NCBI RefSeq assembly: GCF_009914755.1
Contig: NC_060936.1
Reading direction: 5' to 3' (one strand)
DNA: 64,000 nucleotides
Origin: the human T2T-CHM13v2.0 reference genome, Homo sapiens
The notes under the pieces were generated by a model. It was not told where the DNA came from, did not search any database, and worked only from the letters and a program-made list of their open reading frames with translations. The position numbers and the translations under genes are program-made. This document shows positions 1 through 14,009 of the stretch, piece after piece. The stretch's first letter is position 1. Every line of letters begins with the position of its first letter.

Positions 1-336
1 GGTACCTGTGTCAATCAAAATGGACTAATTCAGAATAATTGATGCATGCATGCAGAGTTTGGCCCATAGAACTAAAACAAACACTGGATTGATTGACTAT
101 ATTTAAAAAGTCCGATTGGAACTTTTATACTGTGATCTTGTTCATTAATAAAGGTCGGCATTGTGTTTATGTCAACTTCAATCAGAAAGGAGCTAAGAGG
201 ATCAGTTTTGCCTACAGCAAGAGGAGATGGAGTTCAATTAATTTCCCATAAATATAGTATTTTCTGTGTTTTTGTTTGTTTTTGCTATGAAAAGAAATCA
301 AGGCTCATTTTTAAAATTGAAATAACTCAAAATCTT

Positions 337-673
<337 letters not shown>

Positions 674-1040
674 CTAATGACAATATTAGCATTTGTATTT
701 TATGGCCTTTAAGTTTTCAAAATTACTATGTATTCTGATAACTTGTTCAATATTCCACCAACAGAACAAAGCAAGCAAAATATTTATTATTATTTAACTA
801 TAAAAAACCTTTCTGTACATTAAGTAATCAAAACTATACAGCAGAGAATTATCAAAGATAAAACTTAAATGTTTTTTAAAGTAATGAAACACAAATTAAT
901 CTTTTCACTACTAAATAAATTCTGTCATGAACTTGCAATTCTAATGGATATTCTGCCACTTCTTGTTGAATGGGTCTTAAAGTTCTTGATGCAGAATAAG
1001 AGCAATCCTAGTGTATTTGAAATCAAATCACGTATTGACG

Positions 1041-1063
1041 TTCACTCTTCTTTTTATCTACAG
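1041..1063 (+). promoter_or_regulatory. Putative splice acceptor of the OR6C65 coding exon
   Basis: Pyrimidine tract TTCACTCTTCTTTTTATCTACAG ending 25 nt before the ATG; ORs typically have non-coding 5' exons. Confidence 0.55.
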
Positions 1064-1088
1064 ACCTATCAGAATTCAGAACTAAGCC

Positions 1089-2027
1089 ATGCCAAATATG
1101 ACATCAATTAGAGAATTCATTCTTCTGGGATTTACAGATAACCCAGAGTTACAAGTTGTGATATTCTTCTTTATGTTGATCACATACTTATTGAGTGTAA
1201 GTGGAAACATGATCATCATTATGTTAACATTGTCAAATATTCATTTGAAAACTCCTATGTATTTCTTCCTCAGGAATTTCTCTTTCTTAGAAATTTCATT
1301 TACGACAGTCTTCATTCCTAGATTTCTGATCAACATTGCTACAGGAGACACAACCATTTCCTATAATGCTTCCATGGCCCAAGTATTTTTTTTAATTCTT
1401 TTGGGATCAACAGAATTTTTTCTTCTGGCTGTCATGTCTTATGATCGCTATGTGGCTATCTGCAAACCTCTACATTATACAACCATCATGAGTAACAAAG
1501 TCTGTAATTGGCTTGTAATCAGCTCCTGGCTGGCTGGTTTTCTCATTATTTTTCCCCCCGTGATTATGGGCCTCCAACTGGATTTTTGTGACTCCAGCAC
1601 TATTGACCATTTCATCTGTGATTCTTCCCCTATGCTGCTGATTGCTTGCACAGACACACAGTTTCTAGAGCTTATGGCATTTTTGCTAGCAGTATTCACA
1701 CTCATGGTAACTTTGGCCTTGGTGGTTCTCTCCTACACACTCATCCTTAAAGCAATTCTGAAGATTCCCTCTGCCCAGCAAAGGAAAAAGGCTTTTTCAA
1801 CTTGTTCCTCCCATATGATTGTGGTTTCTGTTTCTTATGGGAGTTGCATTTTTATGTGTGTAAAAACATCTGCAAAAGAAGGTATGGCTTTGAGCAAAGG
1901 TGTAGCAGTGCTTAATACCTCTGTTGCTCCTATGTTGAATCCCTTTATTTATACCTTAAGAAACCAGCAGGTGAAACAGGCCCTTAGGGAATTCACCAAA
2001 AAAATATTATCATTGAACAAGCAATAA
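1089..2027 (+). CDS. OR6C65: Olfactory receptor, family 6 subfamily C (312 aa)
   Basis: Intronless 7TM ORF with N-glycosylation site NMT and motifs [46 protein letters not shown]; name from recalled sequence and position next to PHC1P1. Confidence 0.9.
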   Translation: MPNMTSIREFILLGFTDNPELQVVIFFFMLITYLLSVSGNMIIIMLTLSNIHLKTPMYFFLRNFSFLEISFTTVFIPRFLINIATGDTTISYNASMAQVFFLILLGSTEFFLLAVMSYDRYVAICKPLHYTTIMSNKVCNWLVISSWLAGFLIIFPPVIMGLQLDFCDSSTIDHFICDSSPMLLIACTDTQFLELMAFLLAVFTLMVTLALVVLSYTLILKAILKIPSAQQRKKAFSTCSSHMIVVSVSYGSCIFMCVKTSAKEGMALSKGVAVLNTSVAPMLNPFIYTLRNQQVKQALREFTKKILSLNKQ

Positions 2028-2376
2028 TGATAACTAAATCTGTGGCTGAAACACAAATAAGCCAATAAAAACACAAAGCATCTTTCTACGTAATAGGTAT
2101 ACACAAAGGAACACACATGCAAAGATTCACACCATTGTAGAGCTTACTTCTAGTGATAAAACACACATATGGAACAATCAATATAATAGAAAATTACCTA
2201 GTACTTTAGTAAGGAACAAATGCTATTTAAAAAAAATAGAAGAAATATGGTATAGAAAGTAATATGGCAGGTAGAATTCAAATTAAATAGCTTGGTCAAA
2301 GATTTCATGGTCATCTTAAAGCTTCTTTTATTTTTTTTCTATATTCACACATGTTTTTCTGTATTCTTTATATATA

Positions 2377-2430
2377 TTTTTTATTATACTTTAAGTTCTA
2401 GGGTACATGTGCACAACGTGCAGGTTTGTT
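2377..2430 (-). mobile_element. Very short 3'-terminal L1PA fragment
   Basis: TTTTTTATTATACTTTAAGTTCTAGGGTACATGTGCACAACGTGCAGGTTTGTT is the reverse complement of the L1PA 3' end. Confidence 0.85.
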
Positions 2431-4249
2431 CTTAATCTTTTCCTTTTTTTCTGTAATTTTTCCATCTTATCATATCTGTTTTATATTTATCAAGCAGATC
2501 AAGATTGTGAGGTGTGACTATTAAATAAATATTGGTCTTTGCTTTAAAAAGATATATAGCAAGCTCTAAATAGCCTATTCCAATCCTACCTGAAAATAAA
2601 TCATTTTATAAAAAATTAACAGCAACTCACAATTAATGAATGGATTAGCACCTAATTTCAACGTTGAGAAAACTGTGCTTTGTAATCCCGTATTCTATTG
2701 AACCTGATATTCAGAATCTGTACATGGAAAAACAGCTGAGAAACAATAATCTTCTGTGAAAATGGGCTATTTCAAGCCATCCAAGTTTTGCCAACTCTGC
2801 TTCATCAGAAAGATTTATCTGTGTCTTTCCAGATTTCACATGTTCTGTTAAGCAAAAATGGAAGTGTGAGAGACTGGAGCTGTTGGGGAGAACAATCTCC
2901 AATAAAGTGCTGCAAGCAGAGATATTAGAAATGATTGCTTTTACACTAAATGCAGTGACTTTACATTTTGTGATATATTATCATAACAATCCACCATCAA
3001 ATAGATGAAGGTAGGAGGTCATAAAAATGCAATCCATGAAGTTGCTGAAAATTAATGCAGGTTTGATATACACCCCTTTACCATGCACATAATGATCAGA
3101 GAACACAATTTTATTGATGCCCAAATAAATAAGAATAGTTCAAAGACAAATCATACACCTATGCAGTTTCCAAATAGTCAGCATAAATAGTGCACACAAT
3201 TTAATTAGTAGGAATAAAAATATTTTAAATAAATATGAAATTCAGAGCCTTGAAAATTAAAAATTTAATTTGAGGAAAACCAAATATATATATATTTAAT
3301 TTTATAAATTAATATAAAATAGGAAGATTAGTACATAAACTAATTACTTATAAATTCTAATCTTATATAAGATATGAGACTAGACCTTAAATTTATAAGG
3401 TTATAATTTTTTAATACTAATAAAACCACAAAATTGTGTAATTATGTGATACTAAGGTAATAATGGTACTATGTGCAATTACATAAAGACATTACTTTTA
3501 AGGAAAAGTATTAACTAGAAAATATTTATAAAGCAGCAAATAAACTGAATATATATTTTAACTATGAAACAAATTACCAAAAGATACAAAGTTCTAAGAG
3601 CTATGCCTCTGAAACATTTCCAAGATTTTAATATTATTTTATTCTAAATTTTAGAAGTATAAAACATTCATTTAAAGTATATATTCTTGTAAATAGTTGT
3701 AGACTATAAAATGGTTGAAAAAATATTCACTTAGTAATATACAAAATATCCATAACATATATGCATGTTCCCTGTATAAAATCTTACTGTAGTGGATCAA
3801 TACTATAAAAAAGATACTAGTATAAGATAAGAAACATAAGGAAATTTGACTAGGAAAATTTGGGATATAATGTATCATTTTGTCTTTTAAATAGGCCCAA
3901 TGAAAACAATGTATCAGATCTTAAATTATACTACTATTTACCCACAAATCATCAACAAAAAATTTTAAAATCTCTTAGTTGAGACAGATATGAAAATAAT
4001 TATGTTAAAGCCATAAGGAAAACACATAGTAAATGAGCAATTAAACTTTTACTCAAACATGAAACTAATATAATTTGTATTCCTGACAACAAAATAATAA
4101 TGCACAACCCCCACTTTGTATTATAGAGACGTTTGTCCTAGATGCATTTAACCAATGCTATAACATACAAAGCTGAAGCAAAATTCATAATATTCAAAAT
4201 GAGAAGACAGATATAACATTTTTTCGATATTTTTTACAAATATTCCCCA

Positions 4250-5670
4250 GAAAAGTTTTAAAATTACTGGAAACTAATCATAAAAAATTGAAGAAGTAAA
4301 AAATAAATGGAAAGATATCATGTGTTCATGGATTCAAAAAATTAGTATTGTTAAAATGTCTATACTATCCAGGTGAACTACAGATTCAATGTAATCCCTA
4401 TCAAAATTCTAATGGCATTTCCATAGAAATAGAAAAAAATCAATCCTATAGTTGATAAAGAACCACAAAATCCCAAATAGCCAAACCAACCATGAGAAAG
4501 AAAGAACAAAGATGGAGGCACCACATTTTATGATTTCAAACTATATCACACAGTCATAACAATCAAAACAGTATGGCACTGGAATATAAAACAGACACAT
4601 AGAACAATGTGACAAATTAGAAAGCAAATTTTTTTTAGAAAAAAAATCACATTTGATCAGGTTCCAAGAATAGAAATGTGGAAAGGATAGTCTCTTTGAT
4701 AAATGGTATTGAAGAAACTGAATATCCACATGCAAAAGAGTGAAATCGAACCCTTACCTCACACTATATACAAAACTTAATCCAAAATGGCTTAAAGACT
4801 TAAATGCAGTACCTAAAACCATAAAATGCCTAGAAGAAAACATAGGGAGAAAGTTTCTTGACATTAGTCTTTGCAATGATTTTTTGGATATGACACCAAA
4901 AGCTCAGGCAACAAAGGCAAAATTAAACAAGTGGGACTACACCAAACCAAAAAGTTTCTGTAGTGGAATGAAACAATCAACAAAATAAAAAGAAAATCTC
5001 CTATGGGCTGGGAAAAAAAATAATTCTGTTAAAAGGTTAACAATCCAAAATATATAAGTAACAAATATAACTCAATAGAAAAAAAATCCAATTTTAAAAA
5101 TGGGCAAAAAACCTGAATAAACATTTTTCTTCCAGAGAAGACATACAAATGGGCAAAAGGCATATGAAAACATCCTCAACATCACTAATCATCAGGGAAA
5201 TGCAAATAAAAATCACAATAAGATATCACCTCGCACCTGTTAGAGTAGGTAGCCTCAGAAAGATAAGAGATTAAGTGTTGGTGAGGGAGTGGAGAAAAGG
5301 GAACAGCCATATGTAAATTGGTACAGTCACATGGAAAACAGTTTGTAGGTTTCTCAAAATATTAAAAATAGAATTACCACACAGTTCAATTGTGAGTATA
5401 TATTTATATATTTATGACTATATATTCATAGGAAATGAAATCAGCATTGAAGAGATATCTACACGCATATGTTCATTGCAGCATTGTTCACCAAGGCAAG
5501 ATATGAAGATAATCTAAGTGATAAGTGACAGATGAATACATAAAGAAAATGTAATATATATGTATATACATATATGTTTACACACACAACACACACACAC
5601 ATAAAGGGACGTTATTCAGTCATAAAGAAGAAATCCCTGCCATTTGTGAAAGCATGGATGAAATTATGTT
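4250..5670 (+). mobile_element. Old L1 (L1M-type) ORF2 3' part
   Basis: Degenerate ORF2 peptide (PYLTLYTKLNPKWLKDLN...KAQATKAKLNKWDY) and L1 3' sequence; boundaries approximate. Confidence 0.8.
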
Positions 5671-6213
5671 AGCAATGCTTTGTCTGAATTCGATAGGTTA
5701 TGAAATGATGTGTTTTCATTTTTATTTGTGATTTCTCCTTTGACCCGTTGGTTGTTTAAGAGTATGCTGTCTAATTTCTATATATTTGAAATTTTTTCAA
5801 TTTTTTTCCTCATATGGATTTCAAGTATTATTCCATAGTGATTAGAAAAGATGCTTTGCACAAGTTCAATATTTTCAAACTTACTAATGCTGATGTCATA
5901 AAATGGATTAGGAGTTTTTCCTTCTTTTTCTTCTTTTTTTTTGGAAAAGTATGAGAAGGATTGGTTTTTATTCTTTAAATGTTAGCAGAATTCACAGGTG
6001 AAGCCAGCAGGTCTCTGATTCTTCTTTGCAGGGAGGTTTTTGATTACAGAGTCAATCTCCTGACTAGTTACCGGTCTGTTCAGATTTTCTATTTCTTCAT
6101 GATTCAGTCTTGGTGGGTTGTATCTTTCTAGGAATTTGTCCATTCATCTAGGTTATTTAATTTGTTTACACCTATAAATTTATATCTTAGCATTGCTTAC
6201 ACTATATTCATAA

Positions 6214-6512
<299 letters not shown>

Positions 6513-7993
6513 ATAGTTTTTACACTCATTTTTTGCAAAATATTTTCTAATTTCCCTGTGGTTCTTTTTTTGGCCTCTTGGTCATTTAAAAATGTGTTGC
6601 TTACTTTCTGTATATTTGTGCAGAAAATTTTTTAGTCATCACTCTGTTATTGATTTTTAATTTTATGCCATTATAGGAAAACTACATTATATATGTATAC
6701 TTCTTAAAATAAAAAAACTACCGAGACTATTTTGTGGCCTTACATGTGTTCTATCCTGCAGAATATCCTGTGAACTTTAGAAGAATATATATTCTGATGT
6801 TGGGTCAAATATTCTGTATATCTCTGTTCATTCTAGCTTATTGTTTTATTGTTAAAGTCCTCTCTTTCCTTATCTTCTCTCTAGTTGTTATATCCATTAT
6901 TGAAAGTGGAGAATTGATTTCTACAACTATTACTTTTGAACTGTGTGACCCCCCTCTCAATTTTGTAAATCTTTGCTTCATATATATTGAATGCATTGTT
7001 AAGTGAGTAAATGTTTGTAATTTTTCTATCTTCTTCAAGATGAAAACTTTTATTAATATATAATGCACTTTATCTCTTATAATATTGTTACATTTAAATA
7101 GTATTTCATCTAATATTACAGGTAATCCAGTCCCATTTGGTTACTATTTGAATGGAACATCTTTTCCATACATTCACTTTCAACATATTTATATATTTGA
7201 ATCTAAACAGAGTCTCAGGAAGACAGCACATAGTTGGATCTTTTAAAATCCTTTCTGCAATTATCTCTTTTGATTGGAGAGTTTAATCTGTTTTGAATTT
7301 AAAGTAATTATTATAAGAGATGTGCTTCTGCTTCTTGCTATTTTGCCATTTGGTGTTTACATCGCCTATAGTTGGCCCTTCATTTCCACCATCACTGTCT
7401 TTTTTTATGTTTAGTTGATTTTTTGTAATGACATTTTCACATTTTATTCCTGTCTGTGTATATTACATAGACATTTTCTTGGTGTTCAGCATGGGAATTA
7501 TATTTAACACTCTAAAATTACTAGAACCGAATTTAAATTTATTCACATTTAACTTTAATACCATAAAAGAGTCTGTTCCTATAAATCTCCCTTTCCCTTT
7601 TTGGTAATTGATATCACAGATTTCATTGCTGTGCACTGTGTGCCAAATATCATAGAACAATAGTTTTATGCATTTTATATTAATTCTTTTATAATTAAAA
7701 TTGGAATTATAAAACAAAATTAAAATAATAGTAACTTTTATAGTTGTCCATGTATTTACCTTTATCAGAGACCTTTATTTCTTCATATGGAGTGCTGTTA
7801 CTGTCCAGTGTCCTTTCATTTCTACCTGAAGAACTTACTGTAATATTTCTTAAAGGGCAGTTCTAGTAGTAACGAACTTCCCTAGCTTTTATCTGGGAAA
7901 AATCTTAATTTCTCCCTAATTTTTGAAGAACAGTTGAGCCAGATATAGGATTTATAATTGTCAATACTTTTTTTCCTTTCCACACTTTGAATA

Positions 7994-8392
7994 TAGTCAT
8001 GTGTGACTTAATGATGAGGATACATTCTGGGAAATGTGACATTAGGTAATTTTGTCATTGTGCAAACATTATCAAGTATATTTACACAAACTTAGATGAT
8101 ATAGCCTACTACATACCTAGGCTATCTATATGATATAGCCTATTGTTCCTAGGCTACAAACCTGTACAGTATGTTACTGTGCTGAACAGTATGTTACTGT
8201 ACCGTGGGCAGTCATAACACAATGGTAAGTGTTTGTATACTTAAACATATAAAAGGTAGAGCATTGTGCTACAACATTGCTACAATGTTCACTAGGCAAT
8301 AGGAATGTCTCAGCTCCATTTTAATCTTATGGGACAGTCATCATTTGTGCAGTCTGCCATTTATCAAAATGTTATCATATGGTGTATGACTG
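7994..8392 (-). mobile_element. Tigger3a/MER7A-like non-autonomous DNA transposon
   Basis: Termini TAGTCATG...TATGACTG (degenerate TIR) with TA on both sides; internal AGCCTATTGTTCCTAGGCTACAAACCTGT is shared in reverse complement with the element at 38.3-39.4 kb. Confidence 0.8.
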
Positions 8393-9029
8393 TACATCAA
8401 CCTACTCCCTATTGCTTTCATGAATTCTAATAAGAAATGGAGTGATAGTCTAATTGAGGATAACTTGTATGTGATGAGTCATTTATCTCTTGCTGCTCTC
8501 AAGATTTTCTCATTTTTGGCTTTCAATTGTTTGATTAAAAATATGTCTTGATGTGGGTCTCTTAGAGATTATCCAACTTAGAGTTTATATAGCTTCTTGG
8601 ATTTGTAGGTTCATGACTTAAATTTAGGAAATTTCTGTCCATTACTTTTTTAATAGTATTTCTTCCCCATTTTTTTCCCAGCTGTCCATGTGGGATAAAC
8701 ACAATGCTCTTGTTGGTCTGCTTGATTGTGCCTCACAGATTCTTTAGTATCTGTTCACTGACTTCATTGTTTTCCTCGTACTTCATAATTTCAATTGTTC
8801 TATTTTTAGGTTATCTGATTCATTTGTCTGCTTGCACAAATTTGCTTTTGAATCCTTCTAGGTTGTTTGTATTTCCGTTGTTATTTATGGCTCCAGAATT
8901 TTGATTTGGTTTCTTTTACTATTTCAATTTCTTTGGTTATGTATTTTATTTTGTTCATGTATTGTTTTCTTGTCTTTGTCCATGTCTGTCTTCAGTTTTT
9001 GGAACATCTTCAAGGAAGTTGACTAATTA

Positions 9030-9532
9030 TTTTTTAACATAAGAAAAGTATGCAAATTTTATTTGATGTTAAAATTTTAATTTTTATGTGTGCATAAAGG
9101 TCTTCATGGAAAAAAAATAAGACTTGAAGAAAGGCTAGACCCAAAAGCCTATATACCATTATAATAAAAAGAGATAAATTGTGGAGTTGTGACAAAAAAT
9201 AGAAAAAGGAGTATGGCCTGGGGGCAGTAAATTGTGGGAATGTGATGAGGAAATGTATAGGGGAAACTAATGAAAAGATGGGTCAATTTAGTAAAATTTG
9301 TTCTTACACATTCTCTCAGTGTTACCTCCCCATCTCTGGTGATAAGAGTGTTCTCCTCTCCTGTTACAGGAAGAGCATCTTTCTCAGAGGAAATTTATAC
9401 CCTGCTTTTAGGTAGAAAGTGGAAGGCCAAAGAGCTCTTCCTGCATCTACTGTTTTCTCAATTGCCTTTAGCTCAAAATAATCAATATGCTAAAGTGTCG
9501 TATTTGGGAATAGCATGTTCTGATCCCCTTAT
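9030..9532 (-). mobile_element. ERV1 solo LTR, MER34/MER39-like
   Basis: Reverse complement begins AAGGGGATCAGAACATGCTATTCCCAAATACGACACTTTAGCATA, resembling the recalled MER34-family 5' end. Confidence 0.55.
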
Positions 9533-10227
9533 AATCTTATTTTGTATTGTTTTTCTTCTTTTTTGTAAGATAAAGACAAATATTTATTTAGTCCCCTGGC
9601 TTTATTATTTCATTTAGATAAATATAGGACTTTTAACTTTTAGGTTCAGGGGTACACATACATGTTTATTATACAGGTAAATTGAATGTTATGGGGGCTT
9701 GGTGTACAGATTATTTCATTACCCAGGTAATAAGCATAGTACCTGATAAGTAGTTTTTTGATCCTCATTCTCCTTCCACCTTCCACCCTCAAGTAGGCCT
9801 GGTGGCTGTTGTTTTCTTCTTTGTGTCTATATGTGCTCAAAATTTAGCTCCCATTTATAAGTGAGATCACATAGTATTTGGTTTTCTGCAACGTAAGCAT
9901 TGTAGAGGTCTATGCTACTATGAATAGCGCTTCAGTGAACATATGCATGCATGTGTCTTTATGGTAGAATGATTTATATTCCTTTGAGTATATATCCAAT
10001 AATGGGATTGCTGGGTCAAATGGTAATTCTAAGTTCTTTTAGAAATTGCCACACTGCTTTCCACAATGCTTAAACTAATTAACATTCCCACCAACCATGT
10101 ATGAGTGTTTCCTTTTCTCCATAACCTCACCAGCATCAGTTATTTTCTAATATTTTAATAGTAGTCATTCTGACTGGTGTGAGATGATATCTCACTGTGG
10201 TTTGGAATTGCATTTCTCCAGTGATGT

Positions 10228-10240
10228 TGAGCATTTTTTC
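10228..10240. repeat. Target-site duplication, left copy (TGAGCATTTTTTC)
   Basis: Identical 13-mer at 15702-15714. Confidence 0.95.
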
Positions 10241-12269
10241 TTTTTTTTTTTTTTTTTTTTTTTTTGAGACACTGGATTTCTTTAATTAAAAAAAAAATGC
10301 CAAGAAACATTATTTATACAGGGTTGATTGTTTTCATGTTGTTATTCTGTACCCTATAGTAGCCTCCATGAGAATCTGGTATTTCTTGCTGCTTGGAACT
10401 ACTTTGCAGTGATTACTTGGTTGCAGTCCAAGTACTCTCGTTTAGTCTGAGCCTGGAGATGTTCTAGACTTGCTTCTCCCACCTCTGAGATTAGGACAGG
10501 AAAAATGTGAAATTTCCCAATTACAGGATTATACGGTACCATCACATCATTTGTGGAAATTGGGGTGACTGTATAGCTGGGATTGGGCTAAGGACTGTGG
10601 TCTTATCTGTCCACATACAGCCAAAATGCCTATCCAGAAATCCAGTTCGTTGGAAAGGAAAATTGGTACTCCTGTGCCACAGGGGTTCCAGAAAAGGGAA
10701 GTCACTTTACCTTGCGGTGGTGGGATCCTGATGTCTTTCATCCATTTGTAGTAAAAGCTGGTAAAGCTTTTCTTACTCCTGGTTCCCTACCAGTATTTCT
10801 AAACATGTCGCACTTTCTCCACAGGCATGTGGTTTTGACCTTTTTTTCAATCTTCTAGAAAGGGAACGGAAGCAGAAGTGGGACATCGAGGGCTCTGCTG
10901 TCCTCTGCGCTGGGTGTGGAATGCTGCTGCACCTGTCCCTTCTGCTGGCTCAGGGAAGTGTCTTCTTGCCCACATTTCTGTGGGGAAAGGTTTTTAATCC
11001 TCTGATGCTTCCATCTTCCTGTTTAGGCCATGTGCCCAGAAACCTGGACTGATCTTTCTTTAATAGTGAACCCCTGGGCCACTGAAGAGTAACATGGCTC
11101 CACTGGACACAAAAGAGGGATGGAATCAACAGGCAGGGGGCCTTTTATAAGCCTTAGGAAAAGAAAATGAAACTATTTCATCTTTGGACTTTTCAATACT
11201 ATTGGAGTGATTTTTTTCTTTCTAAACAGGGAAAATAATGTTACAAAAGCATCTTTTTTGTTATTTGTTTGCATCCCTCCCCCACACCCTGGTGTTTTAA
11301 AATGAAGAAAAAAAACCACTTTTTGTACAAAAACTCTTAATGATTAAAAAACAAACAAACAAAACATATTGGCCTTGTCATTTGTGTGAAAGTGGGCAAA
11401 GACTGGAATAGAGTAAGACAACTGAAACCAATTTTCATCCTTTTACTGAGGAAAAAAATATTTAATATTTTTGTTATATAAGGAATAGTGCCTAAGGCAG
11501 GTACTTATACTCCTGACCTCAGCCCCACACACTCTGGTTTTATAAAGCTATAGGACAGAGCAGAGATGGAACTGAAAAACAGGGTAGAAAATAACATAAA
11601 TTGGAGGGGAACAGTGGGATGCAGAAAGAATGACAACAGCCACATGTGCCCCAGTCAAATACTTTTAGTCCCTGCAGCAGAAGATGCCAACCAAGTCTCT
11701 ATACTGGCTGGGGATCCTGCCATGGATGCAGGAGAAAAAATTCAATCACAAGGGAGTAAGTGACAACAAAAAGAAAAAACTCTGAGCCACAGCTACACTG
11801 GGAGGGGGAAGGACCAGATTTTGCTACTTCTGTCACACAAGCTAGAAAAACCCTACCTCTCCCATTGGGCAGGCAACCTGACATTCCACCCAGTTCCTTG
11901 CCTTACCATACTATGTATTCCTCCTCTTGGAGAATTAAGACCTGGGCTAAATGCTCCACTCCGGGATAAGGCTGAGCAGTCCTAGTTCTCTAGACTGCCT
12001 CTTTTATAAAGATTGGATTAAGGTACGTGAAATGGTGAGAACTGTAAAGATTTTAAAAAATAAAGTAGAACCCAGAGAAAATGTCAAAGCTGCCGCCATG
12101 TAGCACCAGCAACCAATTCTTGCACTTCTCTTCCCTGTCTCAGTAATCCCCTACAGAAGGTTACATGATTGGAACAACTCTTTCTTCCCTGCAAAGTCTG
12201 CTGGTACCAGGTTATAACCTGGACAGTGGAGAGTGTCTGCCTTAGGCTGGTTTGTGCAAGAGGGCCACC

Positions 12270-13977
12270 TTAGGTCTCCTTGAGGACATTTATCTTGGCG
12301 CAGATCTTGAGGGCAGGGCCCAGCTTGATGTTCATGGCACTCATAAGATGTTCTTCTTTAAGTAATAAAAGGGCCTGTCCATCAATCTCCTGTGAGCGAA
12401 ATTCCTCTGCGATCTCTTGGCAGCCTTGGAGAGAAGCAATAAACTCGTACACCTCCTCTACACTCCAACGGCTGGGATTACTGGACAGGAACACAGGGTT
12501 GATGCCATGTAATTCCGGTGTAGGTGGAGCTGTATTGGGATTCCCCAGGTCACGTTCTCCATGCCCAGCTCTTACTGATAAAGGCCCAGGAGATGTTGGA
12601 GAGAGTGCTTCATCATAACTGGAATTATCTGAACCCCGGCTAGAGTCTTCTTGACCCCGGTGGCACTTGCCCTGAATCTTGGCACGGGCAATGTCAGAGG
12701 AGCTGCGGCGGGGTCCACGCCTGCGAACGCGAGCATAGTTGGCTTCTTGAAACTCTTTCATTTTTTTCCTCTTCAGCCGGAACTGATGGCTACAGCTCAC
12801 ATTGTACCTCTTAGCGCAAGTCATGGAGCAGAACCTCTTAGAGCCACGAAACTGCTCTGCGGGGGCGTACTTCCCACAGTACTCGCACTTCAGGAGACTC
12901 GCCTTCTTATCTAACTCAGCAGATGGGCTGTCCACTCCCAAAGGGCCACCTGACTGATTCTCAGTCAGCCCTGTCGGAAGGCCAGTCTGTAGTGGCTTCT
13001 CAGACTCCTTCAGTAACTGAGAACAACCCACCGGGAAAGGTTCTGCTCCTTCCTGGATAACAAAGCCTTCAATGATGTGGGTGAGAATCTGGGGCTTCAC
13101 GATGGCCTGTGGGGGTTTTGAGTCACCCATTTGTCTAGACACCATGGCTAGTGTAGGAGGCGGTACTGAAGGGGCGGGGGTCAAGGCTACTAGTTCACTG
13201 CTTGGAGTATTAGCATTCACATTAGCCACTGATTCAGCTTTTTCTCCAAGACTGCTCTTCTCGTCCATGACTTTTGGGCTTTCTGCTACTGGAGATGCCT
13301 TGGCAGGAAGCATTGAACCCAATGTGGAGACATCATCTCTCTCCTCCTCAGAGTCAGCCTTGCGTTTGACAGCCAATGTCTGGGGTTTACCCGGCAAGTG
13401 CACAGACTGCATATAGAAGGCAGCAGGGACCTGGGCTACAACAGGTGAGGAGGTGGTAGCCCCACCCTTTACCACATGTGCTGTCCCCTGCACAGGAGCA
13501 AGGGTCATCCCAGGGGCCAATGTGGGAGGGCACTCCTGCAGTGCACCAGGAGCCTGGGATGAAGGTGGCGAGGAGGCCAAATGGGCCTGACCAGACTGCA
13601 CTGTACCTGGCATCCCCCGGGAAGTAGGTACAGCAGCTGCCAGCTGTGCCAACCCCAAAGCCTGTGCCTGGGCTGTACCTGGCTGTCGAGTGCCTACAAC
13701 TTGCACAGGGATATGGGGTGGTGGTTGCTGGGCAGCTGACATCTTAGCGGCCCCTAACTGAGGCGGCTTGATAGGTGCTACAGGTGGTTTGGATTGGATG
13801 GGAATTGGTGGCTTAGGGGCTGCATCAGGTGGAAGAGACAAGGGTGAAGACTGAAGCATGGGCTGAACGACCAGGGTTTGGGCTTGCTGCTGGGACTGGG
13901 AAGGTGGGACCTGCTGAGTAGGTGGGACCTGTGGTGGCTGAGGGGCAGTGAGGGTGGTGGCTTGCGGCTGCTGCTGT

Positions 13978-14009
<32 letters not shown>

